A model generated the notes under the pieces. The model was not told the origin of the DNA, ran no database searches, and saw only the letters and a list, made by a program, of their open reading frames with translations. The translations under genes were made by a program, and so were the position numbers. DNA of 62,962 bases, counting the filler, from Choristocarpus tenellus KU-1152 (taxonomy: Eukaryota; Protista; Phaeophyceae), in the NCBI GenBank assembly GCA_964200185.2. It is 13 parts of 13 records of this genome, joined end to end, with 100 filler letters (N's around TTAATTAATTAA, not from the genome) between each part and the next. Parts side by side here need not be neighbours in the genome. Positions count along the whole stretch, not along the records: positions 1 to 2,697 come from CAXNAD020025555.1; positions 2,798 to 11,035 come from CAXNAD020004947.1; positions 11,136 to 15,239 come from CAXNAD020016186.1; 10 more parts are not named here. The stretch is one strand, 5' to 3'. This document shows, piece by piece, positions 1-12,108 of the stretch (position 1 is its first letter; each line of letters starts with the position of its first letter).

Positions 1-637
1 ATAGGGTTAAGGGTTGAGTTTCCCGCACGCCTGACAAGGTGGAATACTGTTTCCGGTATAGCCCCTATCACTGTTTGAGTGAGATGGGTGTCAGAGAGAG
101 TTGGGAGGTGGGAGTTGGGAGGTGGGAGGTGGGAGGTGGGAGGTGTATCGTCTTTGCTGAAGGCAAAAGTACTTCTCTGAGAAAAGAAGTTTACAGCTTC
201 ATGGGGGGGGGGGGGATGATATGTTTTTTTAATAAATGAGACAGAATATATATATGTATATATTTTCCTGTGCATTGTTTTTTTGTCTTTTATTTTTTGG
301 CAAGGGTTAGGGTTAGGGTTATTGCATTGTAGGACTCACACTTGCGCGCCACATTGCAAAAAATAAATAAAATAGTGCAATGAAATGAAATCTGATTTAA
401 TTTTAATTTTCATCTGATTTGCAGTGTACGAATCGATTTTTGCTTCTGACGAATCAATTGCCATTCCTGTCATATGGTTTAGTTATGCATGCTGGGGCAC
501 TCCCTCTTTTAGATCAAAAGATTTATGGGATAACTCTTTTACATTTTATGGATCTGATTTTTTTTTTCCCCCATTCATATTTCTGACATTGATGTGTGAA
601 AAATCTCTTGCTCACAAGGGGAATCGTTGGATAGGGA

Positions 638-762
638 TTCAAATCAATGTATTGGTATTGGGGAACTGTTTCTATTTTTTTTGCAGATAGGAAAGTAGTA
701 TTCAAATCAATGTATTGGTATTGGGGAACTGTTTCTAATTTTTTTGCAGATAGGAAAGTAGT
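638..762. repeat. Tandem duplication of ~63 bp (2 copies)
   Basis: ttcaaatcaatgtattggtattggggaactgtttcta...gcagataggaaagtagta at 638-700 and 701-762. Confidence 0.9.
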
Positions 763-2149
763 ACCTACAATTATTGTTCCATGCATGGGGGAGGCGTGTC
801 ACAAATATCTTATGTTAGCACTATATGGGGAGGCGTATTTAAGAGAGGACTGGTAGTACCTTTAGTCAAGATGTTAGCACTTACCACCAATATTCAGGAC
901 GTTTTAGGGTACATGTCTTCAAATTTAAAATGTTAACAAAGGGACACACACCTACTTCACACGCGGCAGACGAAATTTTCACTCAGGACCCTAGTGGTGG
1001 TTCCACCATGTGTTAGATTAGAAAAGAGGGTGATGTTCTTTCTTATACTGTCATAGAACAAGGAGAGGAAGTGGTGTATGTAGTCTCGCTTACAAGTAGC
1101 CTAAGATGTGTACACATTTTTTTTCCAATTCAAGTACAACAACATAATTGCCACCATTGTTCTTATTAAATCACAAGATTTGTTCTTATTAAATTACAAG
1201 ATAAGAACAATTGTTCTGACTTGTACACCATTGTTCTTCGCTATTTCATCGCAAGATAAGATTTGCATGTGAAGATGAGGTATGGACAGATCACCAATCC
1301 GCCATTGTCTTCTCTCAACACATGGGGACAAGTCAGCAATACACACTAAACTGCTCTCAGTGAAAAGAACAAATCATGTTTGCATGCTGTTCTACAAAGG
1401 TTATAGGAACAGATCAAATCGTTCCTCAACATTGAGTTGTACTCACTCAGCACATGATTTGTGGCACAAGATTTCCTGGGTAGAAATGTGGCTCTTTTGT
1501 ACCATGTTCACCACTCCTTGAACCTTGAGGTGAAATAGTTCCAGACATTTTTTGCCAATGGAATGATTTGTGAAGCGTAAAAGAGTTAAAATCGTGATTT
1601 GTCTGATGTGGGAACCTGTTAGGGTTAGGGTTGGGGATAGGGATAGGGATAGGGATAGGGATCAAGCTTGTGTTGGGTGAGGGGGGATCTATCGTTTCTT
1701 GATTGGGATGAGAGTCTTCTTGATTTGCTTGTCTGGTGGTGTTTGTTTAGGAAAATATATTTACCTGCCAGTGACTAGGCAGTCAAGGCAAGCAGCGAAC
1801 GAACGGTATGATGTTTTGCCGTTTTTAGAATCGTTATATTTATGTCTTTAGTGTCACGGTATTGGGGTTAGGGTTAGGGTTAGGGTTAGGGATTGCCCTC
1901 CCTCCCCCCCCTCATTTCTTCTCACACAGCAGTCCACAAATGAGATTGATGTTGATGTTTTTCATTTGAATGTACAGAGAGTTGATCGGTTCATCAAACC
2001 CGTTCGTCTCTGCTTTATTATTATTCTTTATTATTATTCTTATCCCTCTTCGTTGCACCCCTGGCCTGTGGCCCTGGCCCTGGCCCTGGACTTGGCCTTG
2101 GCCCCTCTAAGCAGTCACCACAGCTATATACACTACACCTCCGTCCTGG

Positions 2150-2325
2150 ACTGTTATAATAATAGCAGCAATAATATAAATAATAGCAATAGTAATAATA
2201 ACAACAATAATAGTAAGAATAATATGAAGAATACTAATAATAACAACAATAATAGTAATAATAATAATAACAACAATAATAGTAAGAATAATAATAATTA
2301 TAAGAAGAACAATAATAACAATATT
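2150..2325. repeat. AAT/AAC microsatellite (intronic)
   Basis: Degenerate (AAT)n/(AAC)n run. It produces the spurious poly-Asn and poly-Ile ORFs in the track. Confidence 0.9.
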
Positions 2326-2375
2326 TAATGTTATCATGGTGTCTTCGGAGGGAAGATAATGTGACTCTTTTGAAG

Positions 2376-2483
2376 GAGGCAGAAAAGGAGGCGGTCATCG
2401 GGGCACACTTTGCTGCAGGCAACTGGATACGTGAGCTGGCGAACGCCTACGTAGTGGAGAGCGATCCCGAGAGCAAGGTCAAG
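2376..2483 (+). CDS. FANCD2: Internal exon of a FANCD2-like DNA-repair protein (GC-AG donor)
   Basis: tttgaag|EAEKEAVIGAHFAAGNWIRELANAYVVESDPESKVK|gcaagt, 108 nt, phase 0/0. Resembles the recalled FANCD2 motif [22 protein letters not shown]. Confidence 0.6.
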
Positions 2484-2697
2484 GCAAGTCGCGTTCCATC
2501 ATCCTCTCTCTCTCTCTATCTCTGCTCCTTCTGATTATTCCCAACAATTTTTTTTTGAGGAAACAAAAAAAAGGTTTGATTAAAAAAAAAAGAGATTATT
2601 GCGTACGTGCGCTCGTCTTTGTGTTGTGCTGTGTTTGCAACTGTACTACTTTGGAATTTTCTTTTTAAATTGTGCTTTTGGAGTTCTTGTGGGGGGG

Positions 2698-2797
2698 NNN
2701 NNNNNNNNNNNNNNNNNNNNNNNNNNNNNNNNNNNNNNNNNTTAATTAATTAANNNNNNNNNNNNNNNNNNNNNNNNNNNNNNNNNNNNNNNNNNNN
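2698..2797. other. Artificial contig spacer (N~43 + TTAATTAATTAA + N~44). It recurs at about 11036, 15240, 17936, 20776, 24857, 28110, 30757, 34328, 37768, 46415 and 58188.
   Basis: Identical N-flanked 12-mer with stop codons in all six frames, 12 occurrences. Sequences on either side are unrelated. Confidence 0.97.
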
Positions 2798-2980
2798 CCC
2801 CCTCCCCCACACCAAACCTTACAACATCAACCAAAAACAGCCTGCTTCCCTCCCCTTCCCTAACCCTAATGCCTCAATCGGTCAATAGACTTCCAAGTAT
2901 TTGACACGTCAGATTAAAGTTTCCCTACATCACAACAAGTTCTTGGTTCACTCACACCTCCAAGACGTCCTCTGCCCTAC

Positions 2981-5900
2981 CTGGCAAGGCCTTCAGACAT
3001 CATCCCGCAGCCGTCAGTGAACATATACTCCCCACACTCTTTGTCCTGAACTAGCTGCTGCCTGCCCCACCCCACAAAAAAAAATAACGAGACGGGCACA
3101 TCCCGAAATGATTCACTTGATTAATTCACTTGATTAATTGCCCCAAATGGGCACATTAAAGATAAATCATCATTAGTGGGATGACAGAGAAGACAGAGGA
3201 CATACGTACGTACCCCTCTGTACACTGCGATTGCCTGGTTGAATCTGTCATGAAACTGTCACGCTATCATCATAATTTGCTACCACATCCCTGTTTGAGG
3301 GCTGTGTAAGTGAGAGGAGGTATTATTGTGTTAGTAATTGTAATTGTACATACAGCACAAAAATATTAAAAAAATAGAGAGTGTCAAAAAAATCCTCGTA
3401 TTATTTTGTTTTTTAAAGACTACACTCGAACTGGAGTATGCATTGCAAGGTATTATTGGAGTAACCATTACATGGTACTATTTGTTAGATTGTGCACTGG
3501 TAAATAATAAAATAAATAGGTACTGTGGCCGAGGTACATATGACAGATAAGAGGTACATATGACAGATACCATGTTCTACGCTGTTGAAATTGCAGACTC
3601 TCCTGCTTCTCCAACATCAAAAAGATGTCACAACATGTCACTATTGTAGTCATTTGAAAGGAAACAGAGACACAATGGAGTATGACCCAGTGACGATAGA
3701 CTATTGGCTTAGATGCCTCTAGGTATGATAGGTTTGAGCCATCTCCTCAGAAGTCCCATGTGCTCAGCCGATCTGAAAGCACACACACCTTCAATCCAAT
3801 GGAGGCACTAGCACATCAACTAGCACACACAACTAGCACATCAACTAGCACACCAACTACCACACAACTAGCACATCAACTAGCACATCAACTAGCACAC
3901 CAACTAGCACATCAACTACCACACCAACTAGCACACACAACTACCATATCAACTACCACACCAACTACCACACAACTACCATATCAACTACCACACCAAC
4001 TACCATATCAACTACCATATCAACTACCACACCAACTACCACACAACTACCACTGTCCGCGAGCACCACTTTGAAGACACCCGGATCATATATAACGCCA
4101 TAAATCTTACACAACTCCTCAGTAAGACACTGTTATGTACTGCTCCATATGTACCATATGTACCATTATATGTACCATTATCAGTATCCTATTACCATCG
4201 CCGTTGTCTTCACTTGATATGACTGTACAATAGTATCTATGTCAAAAGTGAAGAGTCTTATGTACAGTAGCTAATATTTATATTTATATTTATATTTGTT
4301 GCTTCCAACAGAAAAAAAACTAAATCAATCACAATGAAAAATAAATTTTGAATTACGTGACACATACACACACAAAAAATAATAAAAAGTACTAGCTAGA
4401 GTCAAATATACTTCACCACAACAATACATAATTTCCTCATATATTTATTCACCACTTTATTCTTCAAAAAAGAAAAATTCAATTCAACTGAGATATATTT
4501 ATTAAAATTTAATTTATTAATATTTTTTGAAGGGGAAAGAAAGAATGAAAACTATTAAGTTCTAACACTACTATAGGAGCACAACAAGAGGACACTATGC
4601 TACACTGCACTAACAATACAACAACAAAAAATAACTATATATACTCTCACCCCGAAGCAAACTCCAAATATACTCTCCAAAAAAATAAAAAAAATCGATC
4701 ACTACAACAAGAACAACATACACATTCACCTACCATAAAACACAACAGAATAATTGCACTACCATGACGTAATGAGCTGTACCTAATCAAACAACACCAT
4801 CGAAGGCAAGAGTAACCCAATCCCCCCCCCCCAAAAAAAAAAGGTAAAAAAAGGTAAAAAAAGTTAAATCTCCCCCTTTGCCCCCTTATTTTTAAAATAT
4901 ATTTTTGTTCACAGGACAAGCCATATTGACCTCTCGACAAGCACACACACACACAACACAACACAACACACATAACACACAACTTCAATGACAACAAAAG
5001 GTACAGTGCTAACAAAATACCTGTGTTGGGGGACTCGAACAGTAGCTGTTGTGCAACTAAGAGTCTGTCCCAGTCTAGCTGCATGTTTTCCAACCACGGT
5101 GATGTTTGAAAGGTTACCCACCCAACCTCGAATTTTGCCTGCTCTTAGCTTGCTTGTCTCTGCATAGAACCAGCACGAATGCTCCCTCAACTGACTGTCA
5201 TCACCAGAGTGGGGGGAGGGGGGTTGTTAAGCATGGCACTCACTACCCTTGGTAGGTGTGGGTATTAATCAACACAGGCATGGCCTGCTAGCAGGTGGGT
5301 TGGACCAAAGGCAGTCAGTGTGATGTCACCTCACCGCGACTCGAGCTCACTTGGAGTGCACACACCTTGCACAGGCGGTGGTGTTGGGTACTTACAAAGA
5401 ATATATTTCACAAAACAAAACAATATATATATATATATATATACCTTGAAAAAAAATACTATACTGAGCAGCATATATTTTCTTCAAGCACACTTTTGAA
5501 AAAAAAGCGTCACTCTTTATTTTACTGTTATTTTCGGCGAGTGAGAAATAAATAAATAAATATATTTATGATTTAATATTTTCATGCAGTGCTTCAGTAC
5601 AAAACACTTACGAGTGAGGAGACATACACCTAAACCTACGCGTAGAACAAGATCACAGTGGGTATGATCAGCACCCCAGTTTTCACAATACAGTTATCAC
5701 AATACAGTATCACCGTAAAAGAGTGAACTAGTTCTGTGCAGTTGTTGAGAGCTTGCAAAATTAAATGAAACCTACTTGTTTATTGCTGTCTATATTTTTT
5801 TATTAATAAAATTACCATTACAATTCATTTGGCAAAGAAAGATCCTCCCAAGGTTTTTTTCTTAAATCTTTATGTACTCTGGTGGTACCCATCTCGATCT

Positions 5901-8900
5901 GTCATTGAACCGCAAACAGGCCAAAAAAAAGAACAAAAAAAGAACATAAAGAATATTCAAGAACACAATCTATCGATCCTCTCCATTTGTTCACATTCGT
6001 TCTTAAAGTCAGTTACACTTAAATTAAAGTCAGTTACAATTTATCCACAGCAAGCACTACAGTCCCTCTCCTCCTATCCTCCTCCACTTCCTGTAGCAGT
6101 AACAATTAAAAATAAAAACAATAACCACCCCCCACAGTACCCCTCACAGTTGTCTGTCAACTCTAACGGAAGCCAGCTGAAAGGGTTTTTTCAGGGTTAG
6201 GGTTAGGGTTAGAGGAGCGTCGAAATCAAGAACGTACAAAGCTCTTCCTTCCATACTGTCACATTTCTCTCCATCACCATGGGCGTAGTTAATGAAATCC
6301 AGATCTACACTTGTCATCTGGGTGTGATATGAAAAAGAACAGCATATATTTTTTAAAGCACTCCTGAGTATACACAGGAATTGATCCAGCCAAAGCAACT
6401 ATTTTAGCACAAGCAAATGCCACTGATCGATACTTTCGTTAAAATAAAATAAAATTAATATATATATTTTTATTTGTTCCTTCATTATAAAGACTACCAA
6501 TGATGGAATGGTTTCCCTAATGTATACAATTTTAATGAAAGTATGTTTAATAAAAAAAAGAAAATACTCTGGACCACGTTGAACACAATAATAATATTAA
6601 TAACAACAATGATAATAACAACAACAAACAAACAAACACAGTTGCTTTGTAGCAACAGGAGACATTGACATATACTTCTACACATACCTGTTTGAATAGG
6701 CAAAGAACTTGTATGTTCTACCAGCGATGGTCAGCCCTTCATGCAAAATGACTTGCAACCTGTGCACCAGGGCGGAATACAACACACACGTTTGGGGGCA
6801 GCCGGGGACAAAGGTTGTGTCAGATTGAGGGCATGCTCGTGCCCTTATTGTGGAAGACTACCTCTTTTGTCTCCCTCTCCAGAGAGGGGACATTGACCTT
6901 TTTAAATAATGAATGCGGTATTTACAATAATCTATCTTCCGACAGGTTGATTGTTCCAAGAGGAATAAATAAAAAATATGATGCAAATTGTGCATCCATA
7001 GTGAAATTACGCCTTGAAAAACAAAGGACTTTCAGCACCAAGGAATAAACCCTAACCCTAAGACAACGAAGGCAAGAGAGGTCTCAACATTCAGACTGAT
7101 ATGTATGCTTCAATCTACACAAGTACCACGTAAGTACTCCATCAAGTACCACATCAAAGTATTCCATCAAGTACCACATCAAGTACTCCATCAAGTATTC
7201 CATCAAGTACCACATCAAGTATCACATCAAGTATTCCATCAAGTACCACATCAAGTATCACATCAAGTACTCCATCAAGTACCACGTAAGTACTCCATCA
7301 AGTACCACATCAAGTATTCCATCAAGTACCACATCAAGTATTCCATCAAGTACCACATCAAAGTATCACATCAAGTACTCCATCAAGTACCATATCAAGT
7401 ATTCCATCAAGTACCACATCAAGTACTCCATCAAGTACCACATCAAGTATTCCATCAAGTACCACATCAAGTACTCCATCAAGTATTCCATCAAGTACCA
7501 CATCAAAGTATCACATCAAGTATTCCATCAAGTATCACATCAAGTACTCCATCAAGTACCACATCAAGTATTCCATCAAGTACCACATCAAAGTATTCCA
7601 TCAAGTACCACATCAAGTATCACATCAAGTACTCCATCAAGTACCACGTAAGTACTCCATCAAGTACCACATCAAAGTATTCCATCAAGTATCACATCAA
7701 GTACTGTAGCAAAGTACTTTACAGTGTACTTGTCCGTACTTGATGTTGGGATAACACTCACTTGATCCTTCTCTACACCTTCAAGAAACAATGAGTTAAA
7801 GTGGTACGTGAAGATCTGGATCAGTTTCTTACATGGTCAGCATGGTTTCAAGTCCAAAGAGGCCAGTTTCAAACCAAGGTACAAAGAGTGTGATAGTGAT
7901 TGCTAAGGTTAGAGGTAAGGTTGGAGGTGGATGTGGATACACTCCCTTCAAATTACAACCAGCTTCACTCAAACCCCTACTATTGACATAAACTGTGTCA
8001 AATGGTCTTTCTCTATCACCCCCCACCCTACTGCAGTCACTTAAGGTTCACAACGATTTTTTCTCCCCCATATGTACACCAGAGACCATAGATGGGATCA
8101 TACCATGATCAAGATATGTCAACGAGGTGATATATGATACCCAAAGGCTTAGTTCAGTCAAAGAATTGAATAAGACACCCTTGAAGGAGAAGCAGTACAA
8201 CATCAAAAACACAAAATTATTAAATTGGAGTAACAAAAACAACAATAATAATAATAGCAGTAGTATAATGTAAGTATCATTGTACAGGCCTACAAGGCAA
8301 TAACAAATAAAAGATAACACTATTCCCACCTCAGTCAAAAGGATGGAGCCGGTTCAATGCAAGATAAAGTATAAAGTACAAAGTACAAAGTATAAAGTAT
8401 CACCTCTTATGTATGCCATCGCCACTATCAATCATAGGTAGCCTGCCTAGGTGCTCATCCACCAACGACACTCGCAGGAAACGGTCTGCATGTTCCGGGA
8501 AACTTCTAAGAATCCGATTGGACATCTCCGGTTCTTCAGGGCGACAAACCACCCGAAGAGGAGTCACATAGACACGGCGAACCTGAGCAAGAGTCAACAG
8601 TGAGGTCAACAATGAGGTCAACAGTGAGGTTCGAGAAAGAGTGTCAAAGGAGGGGGGTAGAGACTTGCGTTCTGGGGCGCCATGGAGCAGGGGTTAAGAG
8701 CTCTGGGCAGGAGCCTAGGAATTGATTTGCATGTTGGCATGTTAATGCAGGATTGAAGGTTTTGGGAGTTGTCAGCGCCACTGTCAGTAGTAGCAGTACT
8801 GGAAGAGTTTGAAAGGTACCAAATAGTAACCCTAACCCTTGACACTATCAAATAGTAACCTTGACACTATCAAATAGTAACCTTGACACTATCAAATAGT

Positions 8901-9778
8901 AACCTTGACACTATCAAATAGTGACCTTGACACTATCAAATAGTAACCTTGACACTATCAAATAGTAACCTTGACACTATCAAATAGTAACCTTGACACT
9001 GACCCAAGGAATGAAATGAGAGCACCTGACTTTGAGTTCTGTGCATACTATAGAGAGATGTGACGGTAGCACAGTTGCTAGGAAGGGTTCACATCGGGGG
9101 CAATTAATACAGGCTCATTGGAAGGCGGTGTACTTGGCTTCAAGGTTCAGTACATGTATCAAGCTCAAGGAAAGAAGGTATGGGTGGAGAATGTGAGTGT
9201 GTGAGTGTGTATGTTTTGAAGAGCCATTCTTGCATGTTCTGAAGTTGGAGTGAGTTATCTCTGAGAAGCAGTACTCAAAGGGTATTAGATGACATAGATG
9301 ACACAGGAAAACACACACTATACAGCATGCAAGGAGATTCACAATGTTCAATGAAACAGAAAAAGTAGTTAAATCTTGGTCGCACTAACTAAAACCACTA
9401 CAAACAGCTCCTCTGCTACCTAACTCAGTGCACTATTTGCCACCATATGCAATACTTCACCATCCAGAAACATGAGAAAAACACGCCTTGTGCTCAAAGT
9501 ACCACAGAAAACCCTGACCCTAACTCTATCCTGAAAATACTTAAGAGCGTATTGATTGGCTGAAGTTTGCGGGAGAGATGCAGTGGAAAATTCTATGTAA
9601 TCCTCTACTCCCTGATTAATAGTGCGTAACGGTCTCTCACCATGCACATATTTCCTCCCGGAGAAGGCCTCTTCTCCTTGAGTCCCTGTACCTTAACCAT
9701 AAGCCTTTCACAACACACAACACAACACAACACAACACAAACCCCGTGCACCAACACAAAAAAACAATCAAGACCATG

Positions 9779-9813
<35 letters not shown>

Positions 9814-10794
9814 ACAGGATGACAGCATGACATTAGTGTATGGAGCAACTGCAGCTGTTAGCAACACACCTTGTCCACTTCAACCAAAAACAGGTACAAA
9901 AGTGAAGGGCAGTAGGGGCAGGCAACCCAAGAGGCTCTGACGTGCTTGGATAGAGCAATCAACATAATCAAACCACATTTGTACTACACAAACACGTAAA
10001 GTCACAAAGTCCCTTACTCCAAACGTTCCAATGGGGTCTCCAGCCTCCGTGATTTCCTATCCACAGAAATGCTGAGCATGTTCAATGCCTCACACACAAG
10101 CTTGTCCTCCCCCAAACTCTTCAGTAAGCTCAGCATCGCTGTTGTCACTCCCATCTCCTCAATCTTCACCTCACATGTCAGACACTTCAACAATACACAA
10201 TGAGTTGCACACAGGATGAGTGTGGGGGGGTGAGGGCTACCTCTCCAATTCCATGATGGACACCCATGCTCAAGGTCTACAGCAGGCCTCTTCCACAAGC
10301 ACCAAAAACAATCGCCTGCAGTGTCTTGTAGTACTCCTTAAAAAAAAAATCAAATTCTTACAAGCACACTCTGCTATACAAAAAACATCAATTTCTTACT
10401 ATCACATTGACCACATCGATACACTCATTGTATCATACAACAAAATTAACAGTATTCACAATCTCACTGTCGTGCCAAAAAAATAGGCATTTTTTTCTAC
10501 TGCAGGAGTTCTACACCAAAAGGTGACGGCGTGTGTTTCCCACCCCCCCTATTGAACGCTACCACCAGTCCAGCAATACATCTCTCCCGAGCACAGCCAC
10601 ACTAGTACAACCCAAAATGAAATGATTCCAATCGTACCTCAATCAAGTACTGGACACTAAATGACAGAGAATTGTACAGCTCTTGCCCTTCCTGAGAGCG
10701 TGCCCAACTCGCCCTCGCAACACCCTCAGCGAGATGGTCAGCTAGCCATGGCTGCAACTGGGGCTCTGGGTGTGGTGATGCCATTAGGCGGAAG
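2981..10794 (-). CDS. RDR: Cellular RNA-dependent RNA polymerase (RDR/QDE-1 family), partial, 7 exons, cut by contig ends before the catalytic DxDGD
   Basis: Phase-consistent GT-AG exons 10638-10794, 10018-10184, 9641-9704, 8404-8582, 6688-6759, 5021-5194, 2981-3061. Joined protein: ...LSFSVQYLIECL...VRRVYVTPLRV...MSNRILRSF...FLRVSLVDE...RLQVILHEGLTIAGRTYKFFAYSNSQLREHSCWFY...IRGWVGNL...KHAARLGQTLS...YMFTDGCGMMS. These are canonical RDR motifs. Confidence 0.93.
3807..4052. repeat. 12-bp minisatellite (CATCAACTAGCA / CACCAACTACCA) in an RDR intron
   Basis: About 20 degenerate tandem units. Confidence 0.9.
7119..7703. repeat. 12-bp minisatellite (CATCAAGTACCA / CATCAAGTATTC) in an RDR intron
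   Basis: About 585 bp of tandem 12-13-bp units. Explains ORF 7105..7743. Confidence 0.95.
8821..9000. repeat. 22-bp minisatellite AAATAGTAACCTTGACACTATC, ~8 copies
   Basis: Near-perfect tandem units. The first unit carries an extra telomeric tract (TAACCCTAACCC). Confidence 0.95.
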
Positions 10795-12026
10795 CTATAC
10801 AGCTGAGTGAACAGCTTAGAGCGCTTCTTCTGCATCATTAGAGTGACAGTCATGAGAGTGATAGTCCAGATAGAAGTAAGGGAGGAGACGGATCTATTTC
10901 ACAATGCAAAGTAACCGACATTTTTATATATTTGTAGAGGTTCATGGAAAACAGTTCGCACTCCACTGGCTGTGTGTGCAGGGGGGTGGTTGGGGCAGAT
11001 GGGGGGAGGGGGGGGGAGAGGGGGGGGGTTCGACCNNNNNNNNNNNNNNNNNNNNNNNNNNNNNNNNNNNNNNNNNNNNTTAATTAATTAANNNNNNNNN
11101 NNNNNNNNNNNNNNNNNNNNNNNNNNNNNNNNNNNCCCTCCCCCCCCAGATACTTTGGGTCTGAGCAGTAATAAGGCGTTGACAGGTTGCGGTGAATCGC
11201 TCACACTGTTGGTGGAAAATATCATGGCATCGTGTTGCTTCACCTATCAATAAATGCTGAGGTTCTGTTTCCAATGCTAACGACCGATTGGTGATGGAGT
11301 CATGCCGTGAATGTTGGGTATGCATAAGAGAGATGTGTGAAGAGATGCATGCGTGTGTGTGATCAAGGTTCTTTGGAGTAGGACGTAGTGTGTGCACGGA
11401 AAGATGAGCGTTTTCTTTTTCTAACTTGTGGAAGAATGTGGTACGAATCAATAGCATTGAACGCAATCAACTGGCCGTTGTATAGCGCCTTGCTAAAATT
11501 TGACATGGCGGTTAACTCTGGGTCTGCATTTCGATTGGACTGGAGGTTCAATAGATGCCTGTTCTCCTTTTGAAGAGCTGTCGTTTTATGTTTGCCTGTG
11601 TTGAGTGTACCTTATCCGAAGTGCTTTCTGCACATTGACACACAACGCACAGTCACAATCAAGTTTTTGAGTCTCAACAGACAGCGCATGTTGCATTCGT
11701 TCTTATTTCGTTCAAATTTGCCTTCTTCAACCCCCCAGCAATGAACAGTTGAGTCTTTCACGGTTTTCTTCAATCTTGGGTCGAACGCTATTACACAAAC
11801 ATTGAAGTAATCCATCCACAGCAGAAGAAACTTCTGAGTAGGAAATTCTTTTTTATGAATTTCCTTGAATCTACTGTAGCCTGAAAACATGGCATTTGAG
11901 CTGCTGTTCGCGTGTGAGGAACAAAGGAAGGAAGAATGGCCATCATCTTCATCTGTTCCCCCTGGCGCAAACCTACCTACCTACCCTCACCCACCATTTC
12001 TACATTCCATTTTTGTTTTGTTATAG

Positions 12027-12108
12027 AATCATCAATGAGGTCAGGGGAATCAATCGTGTCACCTATGACATCAGCTCCAAGCCGCCGGCCACAATTGAAT
12101 GGGAGTAG
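12027..12108 (+). CDS. GMPS: Terminal exon of GMP synthase (glutamine-hydrolysing)
   Basis: ttatag|(R)[26 protein letters not shown] is the highly conserved GuaA/GMPS C-terminus. Confidence 0.92.

Noticed and set aside
7105-7743. 212-aa ORF (HQVP/KYSI repeats); also the 104-aa ORF at 3760-4074
   Set aside because: Translations of stop-free 12-bp minisatellites lying antisense within RDR introns.
8821-9000. CRISPR-like direct repeats
   Set aside because: Head-to-tail 22-bp units with no spacers, eukaryotic intron context, no cas genes.
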